From: Candidatus Shapirobacteria bacterium
Lineage (GTDB): Bacteria > Patescibacteriota > Microgenomatia > UBA12405 > BS750m-G30
Direction of reading: 5' to 3'
Length of the DNA stretch: 44,227 nucleotides
NCBI GenBank assembly: GCA_016783425.1
Contig: JADHWP010000002.1
Coordinates: forward strand, 1-44,227
Made by a program: the position numbers and the translations under genes. The notes under the pieces were generated by a model. The model was not told the origin of the DNA. It worked only from the letters and a program-made list of their open reading frames with translations, and did not search any database. This document shows, piece after piece, positions 16,711 to 24,652 of this stretch; the first letter of the stretch is position 1; each line of letters begins with the position of its first letter.

Positions 16711-17651
16711 GCAAAAAGATTCTTGTCACCGGAGCCACCGGTCAGGTTGGCTCGGAGTTGACTATTGCCTTGAGGGATAAATTTGGGGGAGGAAACGTTA
16801 TTGCTGTTGGCCATTCCGGCGCTCCTGATAAAGAGCTTAAAAACTCCGGGCCTTATGAGGTGGTTGATGCTACTGACATGAATGCGCTGCGGGCGCTTGT
16901 GGAAAAATACGAAGCGGGGATTATTTATCATTTGGTGGGGATTTTGTCTGCGGCAGGAGAGAAAAAACCGGATTTAGCTTGGCGGGTAAATATGGAAAGC
17001 TTGAAAAATGTTTTAGATTTAGCCCGTAACTTAAAGTTACGGATTTTTTGGCCCAGCTCAATTGCCGCTTTTGGGCCAACAACACCGAAAAAAAACACTC
17101 CTCAAAAGACGATTTTGGAACCGAGCACAATTTACGGGGTAAGCAAAGTTGCCGGTGAATTACTTGCCAATTATTACTTTTTGAAATATGGGGTTGATGT
17201 CAGAAGTTTGCGTTATCCGGGTCTGATTAGTTATAAAACTCCTCCAAGAGGAGGCACTTCAGACTATGCGGTGGCCGTTTTTTTTGAAGCGGTAAAAAAT
17301 AAGCATTATTCTTTTTTTGTTAACAAAGAAACAGTTTTGCCGATGATGTATATGCCGGACGCGGTCAAAGCAACGATTGAGATTATGGAGGCCGATCCAA
17401 AAAAGTTAACCGTTCGTCATAGTTATAATTTAGCGGCAATGAGCTTTTCTGCCCAAGAGCTGGCCCTGGAAGTGAAAAAGCACATTCCTGATTTTAGTTA
17501 TGATTTTAAGCCGGACGAGAGACAAAAAATTGCCGACTCTTGGCCTAAAACTATTGATGATTCCAGGGCTCGGGAAGATTGGGGTTGGCGGCCGGAATTT
17601 GACCTGTCCAAAACGGTTGTTGATATGTTGGAAAATATAAGAAAGCATTGA
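16707..17651 (+). CDS. NAD-dependent epimerase/dehydratase family protein (L-threonine 3-dehydrogenase-like)
   Basis: Contains ILVTGATGQVGSEL and the YGVSK catalytic Y-x-x-x-K. The overall layout resembles SDR-type threonine dehydrogenases. Confidence 0.7.
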   Translation: MSKKILVTGATGQVGSELTIALRDKFGGGNVIAVGHSGAPDKELKNSGPYEVVDATDMNALRALVEKYEAGIIYHLVGILSAAGEKKPDLAWRVNMESLKNVLDLARNLKLRIFWPSSIAAFGPTTPKKNTPQKTILEPSTIYGVSKVAGELLANYYFLKYGVDVRSLRYPGLISYKTPPRGGTSDYAVAVFFEAVKNKHYSFFVNKETVLPMMYMPDAVKATIEIMEADPKKLTVRHSYNLAAMSFSAQELALEVKKHIPDFSYDFKPDERQKIADSWPKTIDDSRAREDWGWRPEFDLSKTVVDMLENIRKH

Positions 17652-17655
17652 TTGG

Positions 17656-17961
17656 GTGAGTAGCAAATTTCTTAAAAAAAAAGAGGATTTTATTTGCGCG
17701 GTTTGCGGTAAGAAGGTAGTTGGAAGCGGGTTTACCAATCATTGTCCGGAATGTTTGTGGAGTAAACATGTGGATATTAATCCGGGTGATAGGGCCGCGG
17801 ATTGCAAAGGCTTAATGGAGCCGATTGGGGTGGAGCAAAAAAAGGGCGAGTGGCGGATTTTATTCAAATGCCAAAAATGCGGATATAAACATTGGAATCG
17901 GACCTCTCCCAGCGACAAGTTAACAACCGTCATTCTGAATTTAGTTCAGAATCGATCCTGA
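17656..17961 (+). CDS. RNHCP-domain zinc-ribbon protein
   Basis: Contains CAVCGKK...FTNHCPECLWSKHVD...CQKCGY. The last 10 or so codons and the stop lie inside the REP-like element at 17929-17978. Confidence 0.65.
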   Translation: MSSKFLKKKEDFICAVCGKKVVGSGFTNHCPECLWSKHVDINPGDRAADCKGLMEPIGVEQKKGEWRILFKCQKCGYKHWNRTSPSDKLTTVILNLVQNRS

Positions 17962-17978
17962 AACGAGTTCAGGATGAC
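17929..17978. repeat. REP-like double hairpin (GTCATTCTGAA...TTCAGGATGAC)
   Basis: The first hairpin is ATTCTGAA (17932-39) / TTCAGAAT (17945-52). The second is ATCCTGAA (17955-62) / TTCAGGAT (17968-75). The outer arms are GTCAT/ATGAC. Confidence 0.8.
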
Positions 17979-19053
17979 GCTAAACAAGTTCGTAAAATGT
18001 AATAAAGTGAAAAAGATTAAACTTTTTAAAAAACTGGGCGATGATTTAGTTCAGTGTCAGGCGTGTTCCTGGTATTGTCGGATTGCTTCGGGGAAAACTG
18101 GAATTTGCGGAGTGCGGGAAAATAAGGGTGGAGAATTAAATCTTCCAGTTGACGGCAAAACCACAGGCTTATCAGTTGATCCGATTGAGAAAAAGCCGCT
18201 ATATCATTTTCTTCCCGGGTCTAAAGCTCTATCTTTTGGCACCCTGGGTTGTAATTTTGGCTGCTTATTTTGCTTAAACGCTTGGGCTTCCCAAAGCCCG
18301 AAAAAAGTTAAAAAGAAAGAGCAGTTAAAAACCCTGATTGACCAGTGTTTAATTAAACTAACTCCCAAACAGATTGTCCAGGCCGCCCTGGACAGTGGTT
18401 GTCAGAGTATTGCTTATACTTATAACGAACCGGCTGTTTTTGCCGAGTTTGCTTACGAAACGATGAAGTTAGCCAAAAAAGCCAACCTTAAAAATATTTG
18501 GGTGAGCAATGGGTTTGAGTCAAAAGAAACTTTTAATTTAATTAAAAGTTATTTGGACGGGATTAACATTGATTTAAAAAGCTTTAATCCTGAATTTTAC
18601 AAAAAGATTTGTAAAGGAAAATTAAAACCGGTTTTGGAAAACATTAAGCGTTTTTTTAAAGCCGGAATTTGGGTGGAGATTACTACTCTAGTAATTCCCG
18701 GGGAAAATGATAGTAAAAAAGAATTAAAACAAATAGCCGGATTTATTAAAGATATCTCTTCGGATATTCCCTGGCACCTAAGCGCTTTTACCCCTGATTA
18801 TTTAATGAAAAATAAACCAAGAACAAATAAAGAGAAATTATTAGAAGCGCGGGAAATTGGCAAAAAAGCGGGCTTAAATTATGTTTATCTGGGCAATATC
18901 TGGGATTTGGATAATAAATATTTTTCCACTTATTGTCCAAAGTGTGATTTTTTATTGATTGAGCGGTCTGCTTATCGAACGGTAAAAATAATGGGTTTAA
19001 AAAAAGGTAAATGCCGAAATTGCGGGATTAAGATTTTGGGAATATGGCGGTGA
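17974..19053 (+). CDS. AmmeMemoRadiSam-system-type radical SAM enzyme, second paralog
   Basis: Contains CQACSWYC...GICGVREN, DPIEKKPLYHFLPG and CNFGCLFC. ATG 17974 lies inside the REP element, so GTG 18007 (VKKIKLFKK) is an alternative start. Confidence 0.8.
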   Translation: MTLNKFVKCNKVKKIKLFKKLGDDLVQCQACSWYCRIASGKTGICGVRENKGGELNLPVDGKTTGLSVDPIEKKPLYHFLPGSKALSFGTLGCNFGCLFCLNAWASQSPKKVKKKEQLKTLIDQCLIKLTPKQIVQAALDSGCQSIAYTYNEPAVFAEFAYETMKLAKKANLKNIWVSNGFESKETFNLIKSYLDGINIDLKSFNPEFYKKICKGKLKPVLENIKRFFKAGIWVEITTLVIPGENDSKKELKQIAGFIKDISSDIPWHLSAFTPDYLMKNKPRTNKEKLLEAREIGKKAGLNYVYLGNIWDLDNKYFSTYCPKCDFLLIERSAYRTVKIMGLKKGKCRNCGIKILGIWR

Positions 19054-19077
19054 CAGCTATGCCGATCATTGTTCAAA

Positions 19078-19824
19078 TTATCTTTGGGGTATGAATATTT
19101 TCAGAAAACTTCTTATTATATGCAGGTATTTTTTTAAGCCTATTTGTTTAATGCTTCCTTCTCTAAAATGAGTAATTGTCGTGTTTCTTAGAAAAAAGAT
19201 TTCCCAGCCGGCTTGTTTTATTCTTTTACACATATCCGGTTCTTCACCGTAAAGAAAAAACCTTTCGTCATATAACCCACTGCGCTTGAAGACCTCTTTT
19301 TTAACTAACCAACAGCCCCCATTCAGACCGTCGACCTTATAGGGAGTTTTAAGTGATAGGGCCAGCTTCGATTTTGGGGAGATTTTTTCAATCAGATATT
19401 CAATAACTCCCCGAATTGTCCATCTGCTGAAATTAAAAATGATTTTCCCCTTACCGTTTAATTGTTCTGGCCCCACCATACCTGTTTTAGGATTTCCCTT
19501 GAGGAATTTAAGCATTTGTTGAATGGCTTGATGATGGACAATAGTATCTGGATTTAAGATGAGAATAAAATCTCCACGGGAAGTTTTTATTCCTTGATTA
19601 TTTGCTGTTCCAAAGCCTTTATTTTTTCTGTTTTTGATTAAATGGATTTGAGGGTAAGCTTTTTTAATGATCGTTGTTGTTTCATCTGATGAATTGTTGT
19701 CGATGACAATTATTTCACTTCCAGGCTTTTGGGTTTCCTTGATTAGAGAGTTAAGACAGCCCTTTATAAAGGAAGCAGAGTTCCAGGTAACAATAATTAT
19801 TGATAAAGTGGTTTTTTTGGCCAT
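19078..19824 (-). CDS. Family 2 glycosyltransferase
   Basis: Contains LSIIIVTWNSASFI, VIDNNSSDET and ILNPDT. ATG 19824 (MAKKTTLS) is preferred because the track TTG at 19860 lies in a TGTTAAAAT promoter. Confidence 0.8.
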   Translation of the reverse strand: MAKKTTLSIIIVTWNSASFIKGCLNSLIKETQKPGSEIIVIDNNSSDETTTIIKKAYPQIHLIKNRKNKGFGTANNQGIKTSRGDFILILNPDTIVHHQAIQQMLKFLKGNPKTGMVGPEQLNGKGKIIFNFSRWTIRGVIEYLIEKISPKSKLALSLKTPYKVDGLNGGCWLVKKEVFKRSGLYDERFFLYGEEPDMCKRIKQAGWEIFFLRNTTITHFREGSIKQIGLKKYLHIIRSFLKIFIPQR

Positions 19825-19910
19825 CCAGTTTTTTATTAATGTCTTTTGCAATTTTAACAAAAATTGGAAACAATCTTGACAAAATATGATTTTCGTATTA
19901 CCATGTAAGT

Positions 19911-20213
19911 ATGAGTAGTAATCTTGATTCGGCCATAACCGGAATTGTAAAGCCCATGGAAAGGGGACAGATAACTATTCCCATTGGCATTAGAAAGAAA
20001 CTTGATATTACTTCCAACACCTGGTTATGGGTTAAATTGGTAAAGAATACAATTATGATTGAGCCAGTAGAGAGTGATTCAGGATCCAAATCTCTTTCCA
20101 GTTTCCTGCTTACCTTTGCCAATGATCCTAAAGTATACTGGAAGAAAAGCGATGCTCTAGCTTTGGAAGAAGTTAGGGAGAAATCTAAAGAAAGGTTAAA
20201 GAGGCTTATCTAG
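19911..20213 (+). CDS. vapB: AbrB/SpoVT-domain antitoxin (VapB-like)
   Basis: Contains RGQITIPIGIRKKLDITSNTWLWVKLVKNTIMIEPV. Its stop overlaps the start of the PIN toxin gene. Confidence 0.7.
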   Translation: MSSNLDSAITGIVKPMERGQITIPIGIRKKLDITSNTWLWVKLVKNTIMIEPVESDSGSKSLSSFLLTFANDPKVYWKKSDALALEEVREKSKERLKRLI

Positions 20214-20605
20214 TGGCTAAAATATTGGTTGATACGGATGTTATTATTGATTCCTTTCGTCGGTCGAATAAAAAAGACACTTTGCTTGTTAAAGTGTTTA
20301 GTCAAAGTAAAAACATTGCGTTTATCTCCCTGGTTACAATAGCCGAAATTTGGGCGGGAAAAAGCATGTCTGGAAAAGAAGATTTAAGGGTGGCCGAGGA
20401 GTTATTAAAAAATTGTCATGTTTTAATGTCTAGTATAAAGACCGCCAAAAAGGCGGGAACAATTTTACGCCAAACTAATTATCAGCTCTCTTTTCAATCT
20501 GCTCAAATTGCCGCTTTAGCAATAGAAAATAAATTAGCGATATTAACTCTTAACCAAAAAGATTTTAAAAAAGTAAAAGGTTTAAAACTTTTTCCCCTTA
20601 GGTGA
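20213..20605 (+). CDS. vapC: PIN-domain toxin VapC
   Basis: Starts at GTG with AKILVDTDVIIDSF, carrying the first acidic residue of the PIN fold. 130 aa. Confidence 0.8.
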   Translation: MAKILVDTDVIIDSFRRSNKKDTLLVKVFSQSKNIAFISLVTIAEIWAGKSMSGKEDLRVAEELLKNCHVLMSSIKTAKKAGTILRQTNYQLSFQSAQIAALAIENKLAILTLNQKDFKKVKGLKLFPLR

Positions 20606-20752
20606 AATCAAGAGGTGTGAAAGTAAATCTTCCTGTTTTTTTAGGCATAGTTTGTTTTTTTTGTTCCACCTTTAGTAATTATTATGGCGTATATCCGTGT
20701 TGTCCGACCCGACGAGATATGAGGAGAGTGCAACGAGGCGTAAACGTATTTT

Positions 20753-21466
20753 TTAAGATTTTTTCTTATTACTGATCCAGCCCAGAAAATCAACAATATA
20801 TCCACGTTTATTTTTGAGTGCTATTTCAGCCCTCGGTAAACACAACTTGTAAACATCGTAATAAGAGGTAAAATCAACAATTTTGGGAATGTTTTTTTGA
20901 ATAATTACATTTCGTAGTCTAAACCCTCCAAAAACTCTACGAATGTCAAAGTCAGGAAGCCATTGGTAATCATTTAACATTTGCAATGCAGATTCAAGAA
21001 ATTTTCTTATATTCTTTAATAATTCGAGGTTTTTCGTATTGTACCCAATACTTTCGTTGTCCTTGCCCACAATATAGTCTTGCTCCATTATGTTTAATCC
21101 ATTGGATCTTTCGAATGAAGTTTGGGCAACAAATTTCACCGGAAAATAATCAAGAATTTTTTGATAGGCAAACTCTGTATTTTCAAGATATCTCTTGTCA
21201 TTAACTTCGAGAAAAATTTCAGCAGGTATTTTGATAACTGTTTGGTTATCTTTACGAAAAACCGACCATTCCCACCCGGCGTCTACGAACTCATAAGTTT
21301 TAAAGAAATTTCTTGGCTGTTTTGAATCTGCGAGTGAAACAATGAATTCCCAAAATTTTGATTCTACTTGTTCAATATCAACGCCCGATATTTGTAAACT
21401 TTGTAACCTATAAAAACCTGGTTTTGTGTTGGCATACGATTTGGGATAATTGTTAATTGTAAACAT
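20753..21466 (-). CDS. Hypothetical protein with protein-kinase-like motif spacing
   Basis: 237 aa. TVIKIPAE resembles VAIK, IMEQDYIVG resembles a hinge, LPDFDIRRVFGGFRLRNVII resembles a catalytic loop D...N, and KIVDFTSY resembles DFG. This is motif-level resemblance only. Confidence 0.4.
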   Translation of the reverse strand: MFTINNYPKSYANTKPGFYRLQSLQISGVDIEQVESKFWEFIVSLADSKQPRNFFKTYEFVDAGWEWSVFRKDNQTVIKIPAEIFLEVNDKRYLENTEFAYQKILDYFPVKFVAQTSFERSNGLNIMEQDYIVGKDNESIGYNTKNLELLKNIRKFLESALQMLNDYQWLPDFDIRRVFGGFRLRNVIIQKNIPKIVDFTSYYDVYKLCLPRAEIALKNKRGYIVDFLGWISNKKKS

Positions 21467-21499
21467 CCTGAAAAAATCTTAAAAAAATATGTCGCCTAG

Positions 21500-21562
21500 C
21501 TAGCAACTATACGAACCAGTTTTGAAAATATTTTAAAATTATTAAGTGATTATAGCATTTGG
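21500..21562 (-). repeat. 63-nt repeat copy A, containing an extended -10 promoter (TGCTATAAT, 21557-21549 on the minus strand) and a 5'UTR
   Basis: It differs from 23112-23174 at 2 of 63 positions. It lies between the IMPase stop (21588) and the start of the kinase-like gene (21466). Confidence 0.85.
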
Positions 21563-21587
21563 AAGTGGGGTTTTGGCCCGTGGGAAT

Positions 21588-22367
21588 TTATTTAATTGAT
21601 TTTATTAATTTGTCAAATATTTTTTTGGGGGCAGCAATTATGTTTTGGCTGTGAATGGATAAATCCACTTCCTGGTTATTGAACTGTTTAATTATGTATC
21701 CATTTTCTTTTGCAAAAACCATTCCTGGCGCAATATCCCAGGGCTTGTTGTCTATGAGAATTGCCCCATCACCTCTTCCAATACAGCCATAACATAGAGC
21801 AAGAACACCGCTTCCTGCTGTTCGGGCCCTAATGTTTGCCTTCTTTAGTTTAGAGGCGATTTCTTCGTATAAAGGAGCTCCAAACCATTCGAAATTTATT
21901 AGAATATTTGATTCAAAAGTATTTGGTTTAATGCTTTCTCCGTTTAGGGTAATTCCGTTTCCCGCTTCGGCAACAAACAATTCATTCATACTAATATCAT
22001 AAACAACACCAAGAACGGGATTATTATTCTGGTATATTCCTAATCCAACGCAAAAAACCGGAATTTTTCTTGAAAAATTAATACTGCCATCTAGGGGATC
22101 CAGGAAAACAGTATATTTTGCGTCATTGTTTCCAATAACATCTGACTCTTCTGATATTATTTTACAATCTAAATTAGACTTGTTGATCGCTTCTTGAATT
22201 ATCTTTTCAGCCTTTTTATCAGCGGGAATTCCGTAATCAAATGGAGTTATTTTTGTCATCGATTTTTTATTTATTTGTCCAATAAGTTCTTTAATTCTTA
22301 TCCCAGCAGATTTTATTCCGGCAATGATTATCTTTTTTTGGTTATTATTCACTTCACATCTCGGCAC
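21588..22367 (-). CDS. Inositol monophosphatase-family phosphatase
   Basis: Contains EESD, FLDPLDGSINF and KPWDIAPG. The start is uncertain between GTG 22367 and GTG 22352. Confidence 0.8.
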   Translation of the reverse strand: MPRCEVNNNQKKIIIAGIKSAGIRIKELIGQINKKSMTKITPFDYGIPADKKAEKIIQEAINKSNLDCKIISEESDVIGNNDAKYTVFLDPLDGSINFSRKIPVFCVGLGIYQNNNPVLGVVYDISMNELFVAEAGNGITLNGESIKPNTFESNILINFEWFGAPLYEEIASKLKKANIRARTAGSGVLALCYGCIGRGDGAILIDNKPWDIAPGMVFAKENGYIIKQFNNQEVDLSIHSQNIIAAPKKIFDKLIKSIK

Positions 22368-22601
22368 ATCTAAAGATGGCTGGGCTTATAATAGTAGTAT
22401 TCTACCAAATTTGGCTATTTGAAGTGTTAGCGAAAAACAAGGCTCTACCGAAAACAGGTTCTTATTTTGAGCGAACAAATGCAATGCAGTGAGTCGGATA
22501 TGCTGTGTTATGTGAGCCAAGCGATAGCGAGAATGCAATGTGCCGACTAAACATCGTGAAGGAGAGTTGCGGGCAAAAATTTCGCATACATTTTAAATTA
22601 T

Positions 22602-23069
22602 TCATTGTGGCTCGTTTTGTGGCTCGTAGGTTTCTTCTGCTGATGTAACCCTTTTAACTAAGTCTAAATCGGCAAGTTTACAGATGTCTGCAATTTCACT
22701 TCTAGAAATATAAAAACCTGTCGGATGAGTTCCCGCTGGAGGTATCCAAGAGTTTCTGTTAATTATAACGCCAAGCTGCTCTATTTGTTGGATCTCATCA
22801 TCAGTAAGTTCATGATCAAAATGTAAAAAAAGAAACATGTTATCACCAACATTTTTTTTTGTGGCGTGCATAAAAACTAGACCTCCAAATTTATTATTAT
22901 CCTTAATATCCTCTAGCCTACATAGAACTTTTTGCGGTACGACGTCGGTTGTATTCCTGTGCGGAGTTGGTTCAATCTTCCGAAATCGTGATTGAGCAAA
23001 AAACAAACCAACAGTTGCAATGGCTATAATTATCAATGAGATTAATCCCATTTTAATATTTTGTTTCAT
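22602..23069 (-). CDS. Membrane-anchored hypothetical protein
   Basis: From ATG 23069 it reads MKQNIKMGLISLIIIAIATVGLFFAQ, followed by a soluble domain of about 125 aa that I do not recognise. The track TTG at 23111 would start immediately after (on the minus strand) the conserved repeat. Confidence 0.45.
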   Translation of the reverse strand: MKQNIKMGLISLIIIAIATVGLFFAQSRFRKIEPTPHRNTTDVVPQKVLCRLEDIKDNNKFGGLVFMHATKKNVGDNMFLFLHFDHELTDDEIQQIEQLGVIINRNSWIPPAGTHPTGFYISRSEIADICKLADLDLVKRVTSAEETYEPQNEPQ

Positions 23070-23111
23070 GTTTATAATTTTTGCAAAATTTTGCCCCGCA
23101 ATTTTGCACAA

Positions 23112-23174
23112 CTAGCAACTATACGAACCAGTTGTGAAAATATTTTAAAATTATTAAGCGATTATAGCATTTGG
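23112..23174 (-). repeat. 63-nt repeat copy B, containing an extended -10 promoter (TGCTATAAT, 23169-23161 on the minus strand) and a 5'UTR
   Basis: See copy A. It begins 12 nt downstream of the rtcB stop codon. Confidence 0.85.
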
Positions 23175-23185
23175 GGGCGGATTTT

Positions 23186-24340
23186 TTAGCCCTTAATTAC
23201 CGCCAGGGGGGAGAGTTCGGTGATGATTTCGACCAAATCCTTTTGGTCCTCCATTACTTTACTTATATCCTTGTAGGCGCTAACCGCTTCTTCCAGATCA
23301 GACTGGTGGCGCAGAGTGTGGATAATGCTTTGGTCCTCCAGGCGCTTTATCTCTTTTTTTAAATTCAGCTCTCTGATTGCTTGTTTTCTCCCCATTTTTC
23401 GACCCGCGCCGTGGGAACAGGACAGAAAAGAGTCGGGCTTACCCTTGCCTTTGACAATATAACTTTTACTTCCCTGGGAGCCGGGAATAATACCGAGTTG
23501 TCCTTTTTTGGCGGAAGTAGCGCCTTTGCGGTGTACCATTACTTTTTTTCCAAAATGAACTTCTTCAGCCGCATAGTTATGGTGAATATCAATGGTTTGG
23601 CCAAAAGTAGTCTGGGGAATAATTTTTTGGATTATTTGTTTTATTTTTTCAAGCATCAGCGCTCTGTTCGCTTTGGCAAAATCTAAAGCAAAGTTCATGG
23701 CCGCCAAATATTCCTGGGCTTGGGGATTATTCATTGGCAAACAGGCTAGCTCTTTATCGGGTAAATTAAGATTGTACTGCTGACAATAATTTAGGGCCTG
23801 GCGGTGGTATTCTTGGGCAATTTTAAAGCCAAGGTTGCGAGAGCCGGAGTGGAGCATAATCCAGATAAATCCATCTGAACCCTTTTGAATTTCAATAAAA
23901 TGATTGCCCCCGCCCAAACTGCCCAGTTGATAGCGGGCGGAATTTAATTCTTGCTGGATAATGGGGAGATTGGGAGCGCGGTCAAACCCGCGCCATTCTT
24001 GCTTTATTTTATGATGCTTAAAGCCCAGCGGGATTGCCTTTCTAATTTGGCCCAAAATTTGTTTAAGAGTTTCTGTTTCAATTGATTTGAGATTAGTTTG
24101 AACAGCGCAAACGCCGCACCCAATATCCACGCCCACGCAGTTGGGAACCACCGTGTTTTTAGCGGCCAAAACCGCCCCAATGGGCATGCCGTACCCCTGG
24201 TGGCAATCAGGCAAAATCACAATGTGTTTGAAAGCGAAGGGTAAGTTAGCTAAGTTTTTCGCCTGTTGCAAAGCTTTTTCTTCAATATCTTCCAGCCAAG
24301 GCTTAATCGGTATTTTTTCAGTACTGATTACTTTTTTCAT
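23186..24340 (-). CDS. rtcB: RNA ligase RtcB (3'-phosphate/5'-hydroxyl)
   Basis: 384 aa with PDCHQGYGMPIG, GVDIGCG, HSGSRNLG, HHNY and CSHGAGR. TGCTATAAT (24359-24351 on the minus strand) lies 10 nt before the ATG. Confidence 0.9.
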   Translation of the reverse strand: MKKVISTEKIPIKPWLEDIEEKALQQAKNLANLPFAFKHIVILPDCHQGYGMPIGAVLAAKNTVVPNCVGVDIGCGVCAVQTNLKSIETETLKQILGQIRKAIPLGFKHHKIKQEWRGFDRAPNLPIIQQELNSARYQLGSLGGGNHFIEIQKGSDGFIWIMLHSGSRNLGFKIAQEYHRQALNYCQQYNLNLPDKELACLPMNNPQAQEYLAAMNFALDFAKANRALMLEKIKQIIQKIIPQTTFGQTIDIHHNYAAEEVHFGKKVMVHRKGATSAKKGQLGIIPGSQGSKSYIVKGKGKPDSFLSCSHGAGRKMGRKQAIRELNLKKEIKRLEDQSIIHTLRHQSDLEEAVSAYKDISKVMEDQKDLVEIITELSPLAVIKG

Positions 24341-24351
24341 TTATTTTTTAA

Positions 24352-24612
24352 TTATAGCATGTAGCTTAACGTCTCAATTGTCACCCCTTTTTAACATCTG
24401 AACTGTCCTCTCCAAATGTCATCCCCGAAATAAATTCGGGGCAGGCTCTGAACTCGTTTCAGGATCTGTTTTCTTATCACTTAAGATTCTGAACTAAATT
24501 CAGAATGACTTTTGAAACAATCTCACTAAAAAGTGCTGAACCATATTTAGAGGGTAGACAATTGAGACGTTAAATCAATAGGACAATTGAGAAGTTAAAC
24601 TACATATAGCAA
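24352..24612. repeat. Composite palindromic element: 17-24-nt inverted repeats bracketing a cluster of REP-like hairpins
   Basis: TTAACGTCTCAATTGTC (24366-24382) has a perfect reverse complement at 24557-24573. A third, near-identical inverted copy, GACAATTGAGAAGTTAAAC, lies at 24582-24600. Its flank (ctacatatagca) mirrors the rtcB promoter flank. Confidence 0.8.
24418..24509. repeat. Cluster of three REP-like hairpins
   Basis: CCCCGAA (24423-29) / TTCGGGG (24435-41). CTGAA (24448-52) / TTCAG (24458-62). ATTCTGAA (24486-93) / TTCAGAAT (24499-24506) followed by GAC. The last hairpin is the reverse-orientation homologue of 17929-17952. Confidence 0.8.
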
Positions 24613-24618
24613 TATTGG

Positions 24619-24646
24619 TTGACAGGGGGTATTTTGGTGATATAAT
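24619..24646 (+). promoter_or_regulatory. Sigma-70-type promoter of the T-box/tRNA-Trp/trpS unit
   Basis: TTGACA (24619-24624), a 16-nt spacer ending in TGa, then TATAAT (24641-24646). Confidence 0.75.
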
Positions 24647-24652
24647 ATTTTT

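Noticed and set aside
22479-22550. 23-aa Cys-containing ORF (MQCSESDMLCYVSQAIARMQCAD) in the 234-nt spacer, with an internal AATGCAATG repeat and an AGTCGG/CCGACT inverted repeat
   Set aside because: I considered it as a possible RiPP-like precursor. It has no ribosome-binding site, no adjacent maturase, and points opposite to all neighbouring genes. The repeats may instead be remnants of cassette 3' ends. It is not supportable from sequence alone.
20606-23185. Integron-like gene cassette array
   Set aside because: The shared 5' and 3' flanks suggested cassettes. However, each gene carries its own promoter, I find no attC-like R''/R' (RYYYAAC...GTTRRRY) pair, and there is no integrase in the window.
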